A DNA stretch of 64,000 nt. Source: Arenicellales bacterium (GTDB lineage: Bacteria > Pseudomonadota > Gammaproteobacteria > Arenicellales > JAJDZL01). The notes beneath the pieces are model-generated. The model saw only the letters and a list, made by a program, of their open reading frames with translations. It was not told the DNA's origin and did no database searches. The stretch lies in contig OZ242211.1 in the NCBI GenBank assembly GCA_965206345.1, positions 1,791,808-1,855,807 on the forward strand, given 5' to 3'. Below, piece after piece: positions 26,860 to 35,723 of this stretch. The translations under genes and the position numbers were made by a program. Numbering within the stretch: the first letter of the stretch is position 1; each line of letters opens with the position of its first letter.

Positions 26860-28436
26860 AGTCGGCCCTGAATAAACCAATATTCGCCAGTATATCATTG
26901 TTACCATTGACTATTGTCATCATTTGAACTGTTCTGAAATTGCCGGAAACGATATAATTGCCCATCATTTCCCTGCAATTTCGAGAATAAAAATGAAGCC
27001 TCACTCAGCCCGCAATGAAGACCAGTCCGAGCTGTTCCGAAGCCGACTTGACAGCCAGATCAACATGAACCATGAACTGGTTCGGCTGTCATCCCTGATC
27101 GACTGGAGCGTGTTCGATGACCGGTTCGGCACCCTGTATCACGCCGACAGGGGCAGTCCTGGAAAACCCACCCGTCTGATGGTGGGACTGCTGTATCTGA
27201 AGCACATTCACAGGCTGTCCGATGAGCAGTTGGTTCATGGCTGGCTGGAAAATCCGTACTGGCAGTACTTCTGTGGCGAGAGTCACTTTCAGACCGAGTG
27301 GCCGATTGATCCGAGTTCGCTGACGCGCTATCGCCAGCGCATTGGTGACAGTGGCTGTGAATGGCTGCTGCAGCAGACGATACAGGCGGGAATGAAAAGT
27401 GGTGCGGTTCGAAAGTCGCATCTGAAGCGGGTGACGGTGGACACCACGGTGCAGGAGAAGGCGGTGAGATTTCCGACCGACGGCAGGCTGCTGAACCGGT
27501 CCCGGGAACGTCTGGTGAAGCTGTGTCATCAACACGGTGTGGGGCTGCGTCAGAGTTATGCGCGGGTGGGTCCGCGGTGTCTGATTCGTGCCAGTAACTA
27601 CGCGCATGCGCGCCAGAGCCGGCGGATGCGCCGCCAGATTCGAAAGCTGCACACCTTTCTGGGACGGGTGGTGCGCGACATTGAACGGAAGATCAGTGAT
27701 GACGATCAGCTGCAGCAGATCTTTGCTGATGAGCTGGCGATGGCGAAAAGAGTGCTGGCACAGAAAAAGGACAGTTCCAACAAGCTTTACAGTCTGCATG
27801 CACCGGAGGTGGAGTGCATCAGTAAGGGCAAGGCGCACAAACGCTATGAGTTTGGCGTCAAGGCCAGCATTGCGGTTACAAACCGCAGCAGTTTCGTGGT
27901 CGGTGGTCTGGCCCTGCCGGGCAATCCGTTTGACGGTCATACGCTGAAAACAGCCCTGGATCAGGTTCGCAGGTTAGGTGGACAGCGCATCGAGGAGGTG
28001 TATGTGGACCGCGGTTACCGCGGTCACGATGAAACGGACAGTGCGGTGTACATCTCGGGGCAGAGGCGCGGGGTGACGGATCGAATCAGACGGTGCATGA
28101 AGCGTCGTCAGGCGATCGAGCCGGTCATAGGACATCTGAAGCAGGATGGCTGGCTGGGGCGCAATCACCTGAAGGGCACTGAAGGTGACAGTGTGAATGT
28201 GCTGCTGAGCTGTGCCGGACACAATCTGCGTCTGATCCTGAAGCGATTGAGGGGCCAGTGTGCCCGTATTTTTTGTCGCTCGGTTCATGGCCGGATTATT
28301 CGGCTCAAACGGGTACTGCCGGGTGTGAATTACCGTTTTCTGGCGCTGAGCGCAGCATAAGGGCTTTGCTGCTTGAGAATGCCCGACGCTGATCGCTTCG
28401 AATATCGACTGAAAACCGGATTTTTCAGGGCCGACT
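26860..28436 (+). mobile_element. IS5-family (IS4/IS5 superfamily) insertion sequence, 1577 bp
   Basis: Perfect 13-bp terminal inverted repeats AGTCGGCCCTGAA / TTCAGGGCCGACT. They are flanked by the direct repeat AAATT (26855-26859 and 28437-28441). Spot GC is about 55%, against about 35-40% in the surroundings. Confidence 0.85.
26993..28360 (+). CDS. IS5-family DDE transposase
   Basis: 455 aa from the ATG at 26993. The N-terminal region is ELFRSRLDSQINMNHELVRLSSLIDW...PGKPTRLMVGLLYLKH. The C-terminal part has VDRGYRGH...RQAIEPVIGHLK, which is the Y-2-R-3-E-6-K signature. Confidence 0.85.
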   Translation: MKPHSARNEDQSELFRSRLDSQINMNHELVRLSSLIDWSVFDDRFGTLYHADRGSPGKPTRLMVGLLYLKHIHRLSDEQLVHGWLENPYWQYFCGESHFQTEWPIDPSSLTRYRQRIGDSGCEWLLQQTIQAGMKSGAVRKSHLKRVTVDTTVQEKAVRFPTDGRLLNRSRERLVKLCHQHGVGLRQSYARVGPRCLIRASNYAHARQSRRMRRQIRKLHTFLGRVVRDIERKISDDDQLQQIFADELAMAKRVLAQKKDSSNKLYSLHAPEVECISKGKAHKRYEFGVKASIAVTNRSSFVVGGLALPGNPFDGHTLKTALDQVRRLGGQRIEEVYVDRGYRGHDETDSAVYISGQRRGVTDRIRRCMKRRQAIEPVIGHLKQDGWLGRNHLKGTEGDSVNVLLSCAGHNLRLILKRLRGQCARIFCRSVHGRIIRLKRVLPGVNYRFLALSAA

Positions 28437-28604
28437 AAATTAACTGAGGCCATCAGGGCAGCATCCGTATCACTTCTGAACGCAAAGCACTTGCATCTGA
28501 TGTATCCAATAAATTAAACGTGATTGATTATTTCTCCTGTTTCAAATTCATGACTAACCACAGCAAGCGAAAGGGCTATAGTCGACATGGATTACCAGCC
28601 AACC

Positions 28605-28759
28605 GAAAAGAATCAGATTCACAATTGCCTGCTCACATTGGAGGGCAGGGTGACTGATTTTCAACTGGTAAGATGCTGAGTTCGTTGTCGGAACGGACAG
28701 TCACTTAATGCCGAGGGTTCAGAACATCCCTTGAGCTGTGGCCGAGGCACTGAATTTTC
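28605..28759. ncRNA. candidate structured small RNA, possibly 6S RNA (ssrS); strand unresolved
   Basis: This 155-nt non-coding stretch has ends that pair (GAAAAGAATCAG ... CTGAATTTTC). Internal complementary blocks are TGCC/GGCA, GCTCA/TGAGC, AGGG/CCCT and GTGACTG/CAGTCAC, giving a rod with a central open region. The plus-sense strings CTGATTTTCAAC and GGGTTCA...AGCTGTGGCCGAGGCAC resemble E. coli 6S blocks. The position next to the TIGR02449/ygfB-pepP-ubiH locus is where zapA-ssrS normally lies. Confidence 0.3.
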
Positions 28760-28905
28760 AAAACCAAATTAAGTTGTCATCGAACTCAAAATGACAATTA
28801 ACCGGAATGATTGACTCTACAAGTCAAGTCTAGACCAAGTGGCCTAAAAACTGCGTTTTTGTGAAAAACAAGAACCGGGATTAAAATCCCATTTATCCAA
28901 AACCT

Positions 28906-29121
28906 TTAGTCAATATTGCCGAGCAATTGCAGTCTTTCTATCGCTGCCCGAACCTGTTCACTTGCAACCTCGTTGTTGTTCAGCAACTGCTCGCGTTCCA
29001 CATCTGAGTCAGCTATCCTCTGCTTTAGCTTTGAATTTTCATCTTTTAGTTGTTGACAAAAAGCAATCAGTTCAGAAACCTTCTGCTCTAGAAGTACTAG
29101 ATCTGTAGTCGAATTATCCAT
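28906..29121 (-). CDS. TIGR02449-family coiled-coil protein (ZapB-like, usually precedes zapA-ssrS)
   Basis: 71 aa. LEQKVSELIAFCQQLKDENSKLKQ...AAIERLQ matches the family pattern. It is divergent from ygfB, as in other gammaproteobacteria. Confidence 0.6.
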   Translation of the reverse strand: MDNSTTDLVLLEQKVSELIAFCQQLKDENSKLKQRIADSDVEREQLLNNNEVASEQVRAAIERLQLLGNID

Positions 29122-29272
29122 AGAATTTATTGTTTTATCCCATTGTCATATCAGAATACGCACTACACCTGAATTTGTCAAATCGAATATAAAAAATCGA
29201 GAAGTTGCTAAGAAGAAACGTAACAAAAACTGTATTTGAAAATCGATTGGGTTGGTATGAATTCATAGTTCA

Positions 29273-29725
29273 ATGCTGCTGAAGATTTATCATCAAATGC
29301 CGCCAATCATCGCGGGCATCGCTCTGGCAAAGGCAGTTGCACTTCTCGTTGGAATTATCGTTTTTTTACTGCTCCCATGGTTTGTGCCTGATATTGACCC
29401 GATCGCGCGCTGGGCTCTGCTCTTCTGGTACCCCACGATCGCTGGTGTTGCAGCCGCATCCAATATTGCTGATTTGGTTGATATTAAATTTATGCGGTGG
29501 CAATGGTGGCAACGTTCAGTGCTGATCGGAGCATGGCTGAATTTGATTGTGACACTATTTGCCTCCGACACCATGCAAGACTACTCGATGCTGGTTCAAT
29601 TGAGTTTCGGCGTGCTGAGCTCTCAATTCTGGTTTGTTGGCGATGGTGCAATTGTCGGACTGATTGCAGGTTTCACCTCAACTAGGGTCCAACAGCGCGA
29701 CAAATGGAGTTATTGTCAAATCTAG
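29273..29725 (+). CDS. hypothetical 4-helix membrane protein whose stop codon was displaced by the IS256-family insertion
   Basis: 150-aa ORF. The last 6 codons (WSYCQI*) are encoded by the IS end. Without the IS the frame reads ...QQRDK-TGA. Confidence 0.5.
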   Translation: MLLKIYHQMPPIIAGIALAKAVALLVGIIVFLLLPWFVPDIDPIARWALLFWYPTIAGVAAASNIADLVDIKFMRWQWWQRSVLIGAWLNLIVTLFASDTMQDYSMLVQLSFGVLSSQFWFVGDGAIVGLIAGFTSTRVQQRDKWSYCQI

Positions 29726-31104
29726 TGCGTGACGGGGGTCAAAAAAAGAGCGGCGTATCTGGTTAAATGTAAGTTGAACAAATTTACAAACCAACCAGAG
29801 AGGTACGCCACTAATGGATAAGGATAACGTAATTTCATTTCAGACGCACGATTATTTTGAAGATCCGCTGACCGAAGCGATACGGGACGGGGCGAGGAAG
29901 CTGCTGGCCTGTGGATTGGAGGCTGAGGTGAGTGAGTTTCTGCGGCGCTATGAAGATCAGCGCGGCGAGAACGGGCTGCGGGCGGTGGTTCGCTCTGGTT
30001 ACCAGCCCGAGCGACAGATTCAGACCGGGGTTGGACCGGTGACGGTGAAGGTTCCGAAGGTTCGCTCGAACACTGCGGAGCCGGTGTCGTTTCGTTCCAG
30101 TCTGATTCCGCCGTATGTGCGAAAGAGCCGGTCGGTGGAAGCTTTTGTGCCGTGGCTGTACCTGAAGGGTGTCAGCAGCGGCGAGATGGCTGAGGCGATG
30201 AAAGTGCTGCTGGGTGCACCGGCTGAGGGTTTTTCGGCCTCCACCGTCACTCGGCTGACGCACGAGTGGCAGGCACAGATGCGGGAGTGGAAGCGGCGCG
30301 ACCTGAGTCAGGAACGGTTTGCATACATCTGGGCCGATGGGATTTACTGCGGATTGCGGGCTGAGGATGTGAAGCTTTGCGTGCTGGTGGTGATCGGGGT
30401 CAACGAACACGGGGAGAAGAAGTTTCTGGCGATTGAAGACGGGCAGCGGGAGTCGACCGAGAGTTGGCGCGAGGTGTTTCGGGATCTGAAACGGCGCGGC
30501 TTTGAGTCGCCCAGACTTGCAGTAGGCGATGGTGCACTGGGATTTTGGGGTGCACTCGATGAGCTGTATCCGGATACTGTGCATCAGCGCTGCTGGGTGC
30601 ACAAGATGTCGAACATCCTGAATCGGCTGCCCAAATCGGTGCAGATGCGCGCCAAGCCGGCGCTGCAGGAAATCTGGATGGCCGAAACCCGGGCGGATGC
30701 CAATCAGGCGTTTGATCGATTTATCGACACTTACCAGGATCGATATCCGCAGGCGGCAGACAATCTGCTCAGGGATCGAGAGGAGCTGATGGCGTTTTAT
30801 GATTTTCCGGCCAGACACTGGCAGAGCATTCGCACCACCAATCCGATTGAGTCGACCTTTGCCACGATCCGGCATCGGACCCGGCGCTCCAAGGGGTGTC
30901 TGAATCGAAACGGCATGCTGTGCATGATGTTCAAGCTGGCTCGGTGTGCGGAAACACGATGGCGCCGATTGCGCGGATTCAGGCAATTGGGACAGGTGAT
31001 TGAAGGGGTAAAATTCAAAGACGGAATCGAGGTAAACCAGTTATGTGACCAGGTCGCCGCTTGATGGCCACAAAACCGTCACGCACTAGATTTACCAATA
31101 ACTC
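29707..31104 (+). mobile_element. IS256-family insertion sequence, 1398 bp
   Basis: The terminal inverted repeats are GAGTTATTGtcAAATCTAGTGCGTGACGG on the left and the reverse complement GAGTTATTGgtAAATCTAGTGCGTGACGG on the right. A 9-bp direct target duplication CGACAAATG lies at 29698-29706 and 31105-31113. The element is high-GC relative to the host. Confidence 0.9.
29814..31064 (+). CDS. IS256-family (Mutator-type) transposase
   Basis: 416 aa. The sequence LEAEVSEFL...RSGYQPERQIQTGVGPVTVKVPKVR...YIWADGIY...QRCWVHKMSNILNRLPK...FPARHWQSIRTTNPIES is typical of the family. Confidence 0.9.
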   Translation: MDKDNVISFQTHDYFEDPLTEAIRDGARKLLACGLEAEVSEFLRRYEDQRGENGLRAVVRSGYQPERQIQTGVGPVTVKVPKVRSNTAEPVSFRSSLIPPYVRKSRSVEAFVPWLYLKGVSSGEMAEAMKVLLGAPAEGFSASTVTRLTHEWQAQMREWKRRDLSQERFAYIWADGIYCGLRAEDVKLCVLVVIGVNEHGEKKFLAIEDGQRESTESWREVFRDLKRRGFESPRLAVGDGALGFWGALDELYPDTVHQRCWVHKMSNILNRLPKSVQMRAKPALQEIWMAETRADANQAFDRFIDTYQDRYPQAADNLLRDREELMAFYDFPARHWQSIRTTNPIESTFATIRHRTRRSKGCLNRNGMLCMMFKLARCAETRWRRLRGFRQLGQVIEGVKFKDGIEVNQLCDQVAA

Positions 31105-31348
31105 CGACAAATGAAGTCGCAGTTGAATCACATGTTCAATAACTGGCATTCAAGACAGTCTGTGGTCAATAGTCGATTCATGAATGAACGGAAATTGACT
31201 TCGAATCCAGATGTTGCAACTTGTCAACGACAATAAAATGTGTATTGAATGATTTCTGAACAACTGAACAATTGAATGAATGTGAAACAGTTGCTCCGCT
31301 CAATTCTGCTCACTGTACTAGTTGTATGCACAAATTTCAGGAAACCTC

Positions 31349-31891
31349 ATGAATCTGGGTTATATCGAAGTCGAACAAACGCTCAAACTCTATGAGTCTG
31401 ATGTTGATCCTGCCTATTTTCACGGTGTACTGTCGGGGCTGATTTGTGCCGGAGTTGAGGAGGACGAAATTGATGACTGGCTGCCGACACTTTTTTCCGA
31501 CCGATTTATGGCACAGTCTGACTACGAACGATTTGCAGAGGATGTTCTGATGGCGTTTCAGAGCTTGAAGGCGGAACTGGATCAGGATGGATTCGGATTC
31601 GAAATTCTGCTGCCAGATGACGAAAACTCACTCGATTACAGGGTCGGGAAGATGGGGTCGTGGTGTCGTGGCTACTTGGTGGCGTTTATCGATTATGCCG
31701 AAACTGCTATTGAAAACCTGCCGGATGATTGTGCAGAATTTATCGATGATGTTGAACAAATTGTTGACATAGAAATTGACGATGATGAGCCGGACGAAAT
31801 TCTGGACGAATCATTTGTAATGCTCGAAGAGCACCTCAGAGTCGGGGTTCAACTGGTCTACGAATATCTGAATCCCTTGCAGCATGACTGA
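31349..31891 (+). CDS. ygfB: UPF0149 family protein YgfB
   Basis: FHGVLSGLICAG, DGFGFEILLPDD and an acidic C-terminal half parallel E. coli YgfB. The ATG at 31349 follows AGGAAA. The gene is syntenic with pepP-ubiH. Confidence 0.75.
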   Translation: MNLGYIEVEQTLKLYESDVDPAYFHGVLSGLICAGVEEDEIDDWLPTLFSDRFMAQSDYERFAEDVLMAFQSLKAELDQDGFGFEILLPDDENSLDYRVGKMGSWCRGYLVAFIDYAETAIENLPDDCAEFIDDVEQIVDIEIDDDEPDEILDESFVMLEEHLRVGVQLVYEYLNPLQHD

Positions 31892-31918
31892 CAGCTCAGA
31901 CCACTGGACATTGCAACC

Positions 31919-33205
31919 ATGACTGCCAATCGACGTGCACAAGTACTTGCGAGCCTTGGAGATGGAATTGGAATTATTCCAACCGCTCCACAGCAGCGCC
32001 GTAATTCCGACGTTTTGTACCCTTTTCGACCTGACAGCGATTTTTATTATTTGACGCACTTTCCGGAACCAGAGGCTGTTGCTGTACTAGCTCCGGGCAG
32101 CAAATTTGGTGATTACATTCTTTTTTGCCGCGAACGCGACCCTAAAATGGAAATATGGGATGGTCATCGCGCAGGTGTTGAAGGGGCTGTAGAACACTAC
32201 AAAGCCGACTGTGCCTATGCGATTTCCAAATTGGACGAGTTCCTGCCACAATTGATGGAAGAACGCGAACGGATCTATTACCCGGTAGGTCGCTATGCTG
32301 AATATGATGAAATGGTTGTCAAATGGCTGAATGTAGCCCGTCGACGAGGTCGTGCCGGCATTCGATCGCCAGGTGAAATTGTCGATATCGGTCAGATTCT
32401 TCATGAAATGCGGCTCATCAAGCAACCCGAGGAAATCGAGATCATAAAACAAGCAGCAGAAATCTCTGCCAGTGCGCACCAACAGGCGATGCTGACAAGT
32501 AAACCAGGAATGACAGAGTATCAGGTGCAGGCTGAGATTGAGCACTGCTTCAAGCAGCACGGTTGCGAACCAGCTTATCCGAGCATTGTTGCCTCAGGAG
32601 AAAACGCCTGCGTTTTGCACTACATTGAAAACTCAGACGAGTTAGTGGATGGCGATTTACTACTGATCGACGCCGGTGCTGAACTCGATTGTTACGCCAG
32701 TGATATTACTCGCACCTTTCCAATCAATGGCCAGTTCAGTGGCCCTCAACGGGCGGTTTATGAAGTGGTCCTAGAAGCTCAAAAACGCGCTATTGAAGCA
32801 GCAAGACCCGGCAATCGGTACAGCGATGTCAATAACGCTGCTACCGAAGTGCTCGTTGAAGGGTTAATTTCGCTCGGAATTCTCAAAGAATCAAAATATG
32901 AAGCGCTTGAGAAAAAAACTTACCAAACCTACTATATGCACAAAATTGGACACTGGATCGGTCTCGATGTACACGATGTGGGAGCTTATCGCGATGATGT
33001 CGGGTGGCGCAAGCTTGAGCCCAAAATGTACATGACTATTGAACCGGGGCTGTACCTGTCGCCTTCTGAAATACTCGATTCGAAGTGGCACGGAATTGGC
33101 ATTCGAATTGAGGACGATGTTTTGATCACCGAAACTGGGCCCTTAATCTTAACATCTAATGTGCCTAAAGAGATCAGCGAGATCGAGAAGCTGATGTCGG
33201 ACTAG
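31919..33205 (+). CDS. pepP: Xaa-Pro aminopeptidase
   Basis: 428 aa. Motifs are YPFRPDSDFYYLT, LIDAGAELDCYASDITRTFP, HKIGHWIGLDVHD and GIRIEDD (M24B metal ligands). Confidence 0.9.
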   Translation: MTANRRAQVLASLGDGIGIIPTAPQQRRNSDVLYPFRPDSDFYYLTHFPEPEAVAVLAPGSKFGDYILFCRERDPKMEIWDGHRAGVEGAVEHYKADCAYAISKLDEFLPQLMEERERIYYPVGRYAEYDEMVVKWLNVARRRGRAGIRSPGEIVDIGQILHEMRLIKQPEEIEIIKQAAEISASAHQQAMLTSKPGMTEYQVQAEIEHCFKQHGCEPAYPSIVASGENACVLHYIENSDELVDGDLLLIDAGAELDCYASDITRTFPINGQFSGPQRAVYEVVLEAQKRAIEAARPGNRYSDVNNAATEVLVEGLISLGILKESKYEALEKKTYQTYYMHKIGHWIGLDVHDVGAYRDDVGWRKLEPKMYMTIEPGLYLSPSEILDSKWHGIGIRIEDDVLITETGPLILTSNVPKEISEIEKLMSD

Positions 33206-33214
33206 CTGGCAAAG

Positions 33215-34489
33215 GTGACTGAACCACCGATTTTGATGAAAACCGACAAGTACGACCTGATTATCAGTGGTGGCGGTATGGTCGGAGCAAGTCTTGCCTG
33301 CATGCTGGTAGGGTATGGATTTAGGGTTGCGCTGGTTGAGGCTGCGGTGTACTCCAGCACCAATCAGCCTAGTTTTGATAATCGAGCACTGGCACTCACC
33401 TACAGTTCTGGTGTTATCTTTCAAAACCTCAATGTCTGGCAAGGGTTGAACACCAACGAAGCAACGGCGATTCGACAGATTGAGGTTAGCGATGCAGCGG
33501 CCGGTGGCTATGTCCGGCTTGCAGCTAAGGACGTTGGGCAAGAGGCACTGGGCTGGAATGTGGAAGCGCGTGCAATTGGCGCTCAATTGCTTCGGGTACT
33601 TGAATCAAACGAATGCGTCTCGATTTTGAGTCCGATGATTCTTAGGCAGGTCGAGATCAATGACGCGTGTGTATCAGCGATAGCAGACGATTCGGAGGAG
33701 GGAAACGGTCACCCGCTTTCTGCCAAATTGCTGATCATTGCTGACGGTTCAAATTCAGCACTTCGGGAACAGCTAAAGTTTATACCGCGTAGCATTCCAT
33801 ATCGGCAGCGTGCACTGGTTTGCCGGGTCGAGACCGATCGGAAGAACCGAGGCTGTGCCTATGAGCATTTCACCCGATCGGGTCCGCTGGCACTACTTCC
33901 TTTTTGTGAGAATGGTTATTCTGTTGTCTGGACCCAGGAACCCGAAGATCTGAAAGAAGTACTGAAGTTGTCCAGAAGCGAATTTCTAGTCAAACTACAG
34001 AGTGTGTTCGGCCCTCGTGCAGGACAATTCAAACAGCTTATCGGAGAGCGTAAGGTGTACCCTCTGACACTCAGCTATCTGAAGAATTTCGCCAAACCGC
34101 GTGTTGCAGTTGTTGGCAATGCTTCGCATACAGTTCATCCAGTGGCGGGACAGGGATTTAACTTGGGTTTGCGAGATGTCGCGGCACTGGCGCAAGTACT
34201 CAGAGACTCCCACAATCGAGGTTGGGATATAGGAAATATTGAGGTGTTGTCAAAATTCGAACGCTGGCGAAGTCAGGAAGGTGAATATGTCACTTGGTTT
34301 ACCGACGGATTGATTCAGGTTTTTGCCAATGAGATTCCAGTACTGACGCCTGCACGAAATTTCGGTCTGGATTTGCTTCAATTGTTACCACCAGTGAAGC
34401 GATGGCTACTGGAGCGCACTATGGGTATGCATGGTAGACAGCCAGATCTTGCAACGAACGAAAGAAAAGACAGCGGCAGATTTCGATGA
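33215..34489 (+). CDS. ubiH: 2-octaprenyl-6-methoxyphenol hydroxylase (FAD monooxygenase)
   Basis: FAD fingerprint DLIISGGGMVGASLA, then GNASHTVHPVAGQGFNLGLRD. It occupies the position after pepP. Confidence 0.8.
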   Translation: MTEPPILMKTDKYDLIISGGGMVGASLACMLVGYGFRVALVEAAVYSSTNQPSFDNRALALTYSSGVIFQNLNVWQGLNTNEATAIRQIEVSDAAAGGYVRLAAKDVGQEALGWNVEARAIGAQLLRVLESNECVSILSPMILRQVEINDACVSAIADDSEEGNGHPLSAKLLIIADGSNSALREQLKFIPRSIPYRQRALVCRVETDRKNRGCAYEHFTRSGPLALLPFCENGYSVVWTQEPEDLKEVLKLSRSEFLVKLQSVFGPRAGQFKQLIGERKVYPLTLSYLKNFAKPRVAVVGNASHTVHPVAGQGFNLGLRDVAALAQVLRDSHNRGWDIGNIEVLSKFERWRSQEGEYVTWFTDGLIQVFANEIPVLTPARNFGLDLLQLLPPVKRWLLERTMGMHGRQPDLATNERKDSGRFR

Positions 34490-35697
34490 CTCGATTCGAT
34501 TTTGACATCATCGTCGTTGGTGCTGGATCCGTTGGTTTGGCATTCGCCGCTGCTGTGCGTGAATCCGGCTATCGGATTCTGATACTCGATTCAGGCGATT
34601 CACCACGTTTTGACAACTCCTCTTACGATCTCAGAGTAAACACGCTGAATCTGGCGTCGGAAACATTTTTAAATGGCGTTGGTGCTTGGTCCGGGATGCA
34701 GAAGAAAAGGGTCAGTTCTTTTGACCGAATCAAGGTTTGGGATTCGGCGGGCGGGCGGATTCAGTTTCAGGCTGATGAAATTAATGAACAGCATCTGGGG
34801 CATGTGGTGGAAGCAGGTGTGGTGACGACATCGCTGGTTGATGTAATTGAGGAGTATGCCAATATCGAATTGAGGTTTGATGTTCAGCTTCAATCCGTGA
34901 CTCAGGGTGAAGACAGGGTTGAAGTGGTTCTCGCGAACGATGAACGAATCAGTAGTCTGCTTGTGGTTGGAGCCGATGGTGGCAATTCGACCGTTCGCGA
35001 ATCATTTGGCTTTAACGTGTCCATATCGAGCTATAACCAAAGAGCTTTGGTTGCACAAGTGGAAGCCTCTGAACCCACAAGGCAAACAGCATTTCAGGTA
35101 TTTCTACCAACTGGACCTTTGGCATTTTTGCCGCTCGCTGATGGCAGTTATTCCATCGTATGGAGTGCAGAAACAGCTTTTGCCGCTCAGCTGATGCAAT
35201 TAACCGAAACAGGATTTGAGCAGCAGCTGTCGGTCGCTGCCGACTATGAGTTGGGTGATTTGCGTCTTATGAGCCAGCTTGTCTCATTTCAATTGAGAAA
35301 GCTTGAAGCAGACAATTATTTTTACGGCCGAGCCGTTCTAGCCGGCGATGCGGCACACATCATTCACCCCCTTGCCGGGATGGGCGTCAATCTTGGCCTG
35401 ATGGATGCCGCTGTGCTCAGTGAAGTTCTGCTTGAAGGTGAGTCAGAATCCAAGCGAGATCCGTTTCAGGTTTCAAGACTGAGACAATATCAGCGCTGGC
35501 GGAAGTCTTCAAATGTTCCGACGGCATTGATCATGGACGGATTTGACTGGGGGTTTCGACACCCTTCAAATCTGATTCAGACAGTTCTGGGAGCAGGATT
35601 AACGTTAACGAACCGAATGGATTTTCCCAAGCAGGAAATCATCCGATTTGCATGTGGATTGAAAGGAGACCTGCCTTCTATCGCCAGACGCGTTTAA
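34486..35697 (+). CDS. ubiI: UbiH-paralogous FAD monooxygenase (2-octaprenylphenol hydroxylase type)
   Basis: DIIVVGAGSVGLAFA, then GDAAHIIHPLAGMGVNLGLMD. It has an ATGA overlap with ubiH. Confidence 0.75.
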   Translation: MTRFDFDIIVVGAGSVGLAFAAAVRESGYRILILDSGDSPRFDNSSYDLRVNTLNLASETFLNGVGAWSGMQKKRVSSFDRIKVWDSAGGRIQFQADEINEQHLGHVVEAGVVTTSLVDVIEEYANIELRFDVQLQSVTQGEDRVEVVLANDERISSLLVVGADGGNSTVRESFGFNVSISSYNQRALVAQVEASEPTRQTAFQVFLPTGPLAFLPLADGSYSIVWSAETAFAAQLMQLTETGFEQQLSVAADYELGDLRLMSQLVSFQLRKLEADNYFYGRAVLAGDAAHIIHPLAGMGVNLGLMDAAVLSEVLLEGESESKRDPFQVSRLRQYQRWRKSSNVPTALIMDGFDWGFRHPSNLIQTVLGAGLTLTNRMDFPKQEIIRFACGLKGDLPSIARRV

Positions 35698-35723
35698 CTT
35701 TAATCACACAAGCGTTGGTTGGC

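Noticed and set aside
27089-27940. 283-aa minus-strand ORF inside the IS5-family transposase, and the similar 383-aa ORF at 29835-30986 inside the IS256-family transposase
   Set aside because: Both are antisense to recognisable transposases in high-GC DNA, where stop codons are rare. Their composition is low-complexity and Arg/Pro/Gln-rich.
28760-28905. Hairpin GGGATT-aa-AATCCC downstream of the TIGR02449 gene, and the TTGTCAT...ATGACAA inverted repeat, as terminators
   Set aside because: The stems are short and AT-rich with weak U-tracts. They are plausible but not supportable without data.
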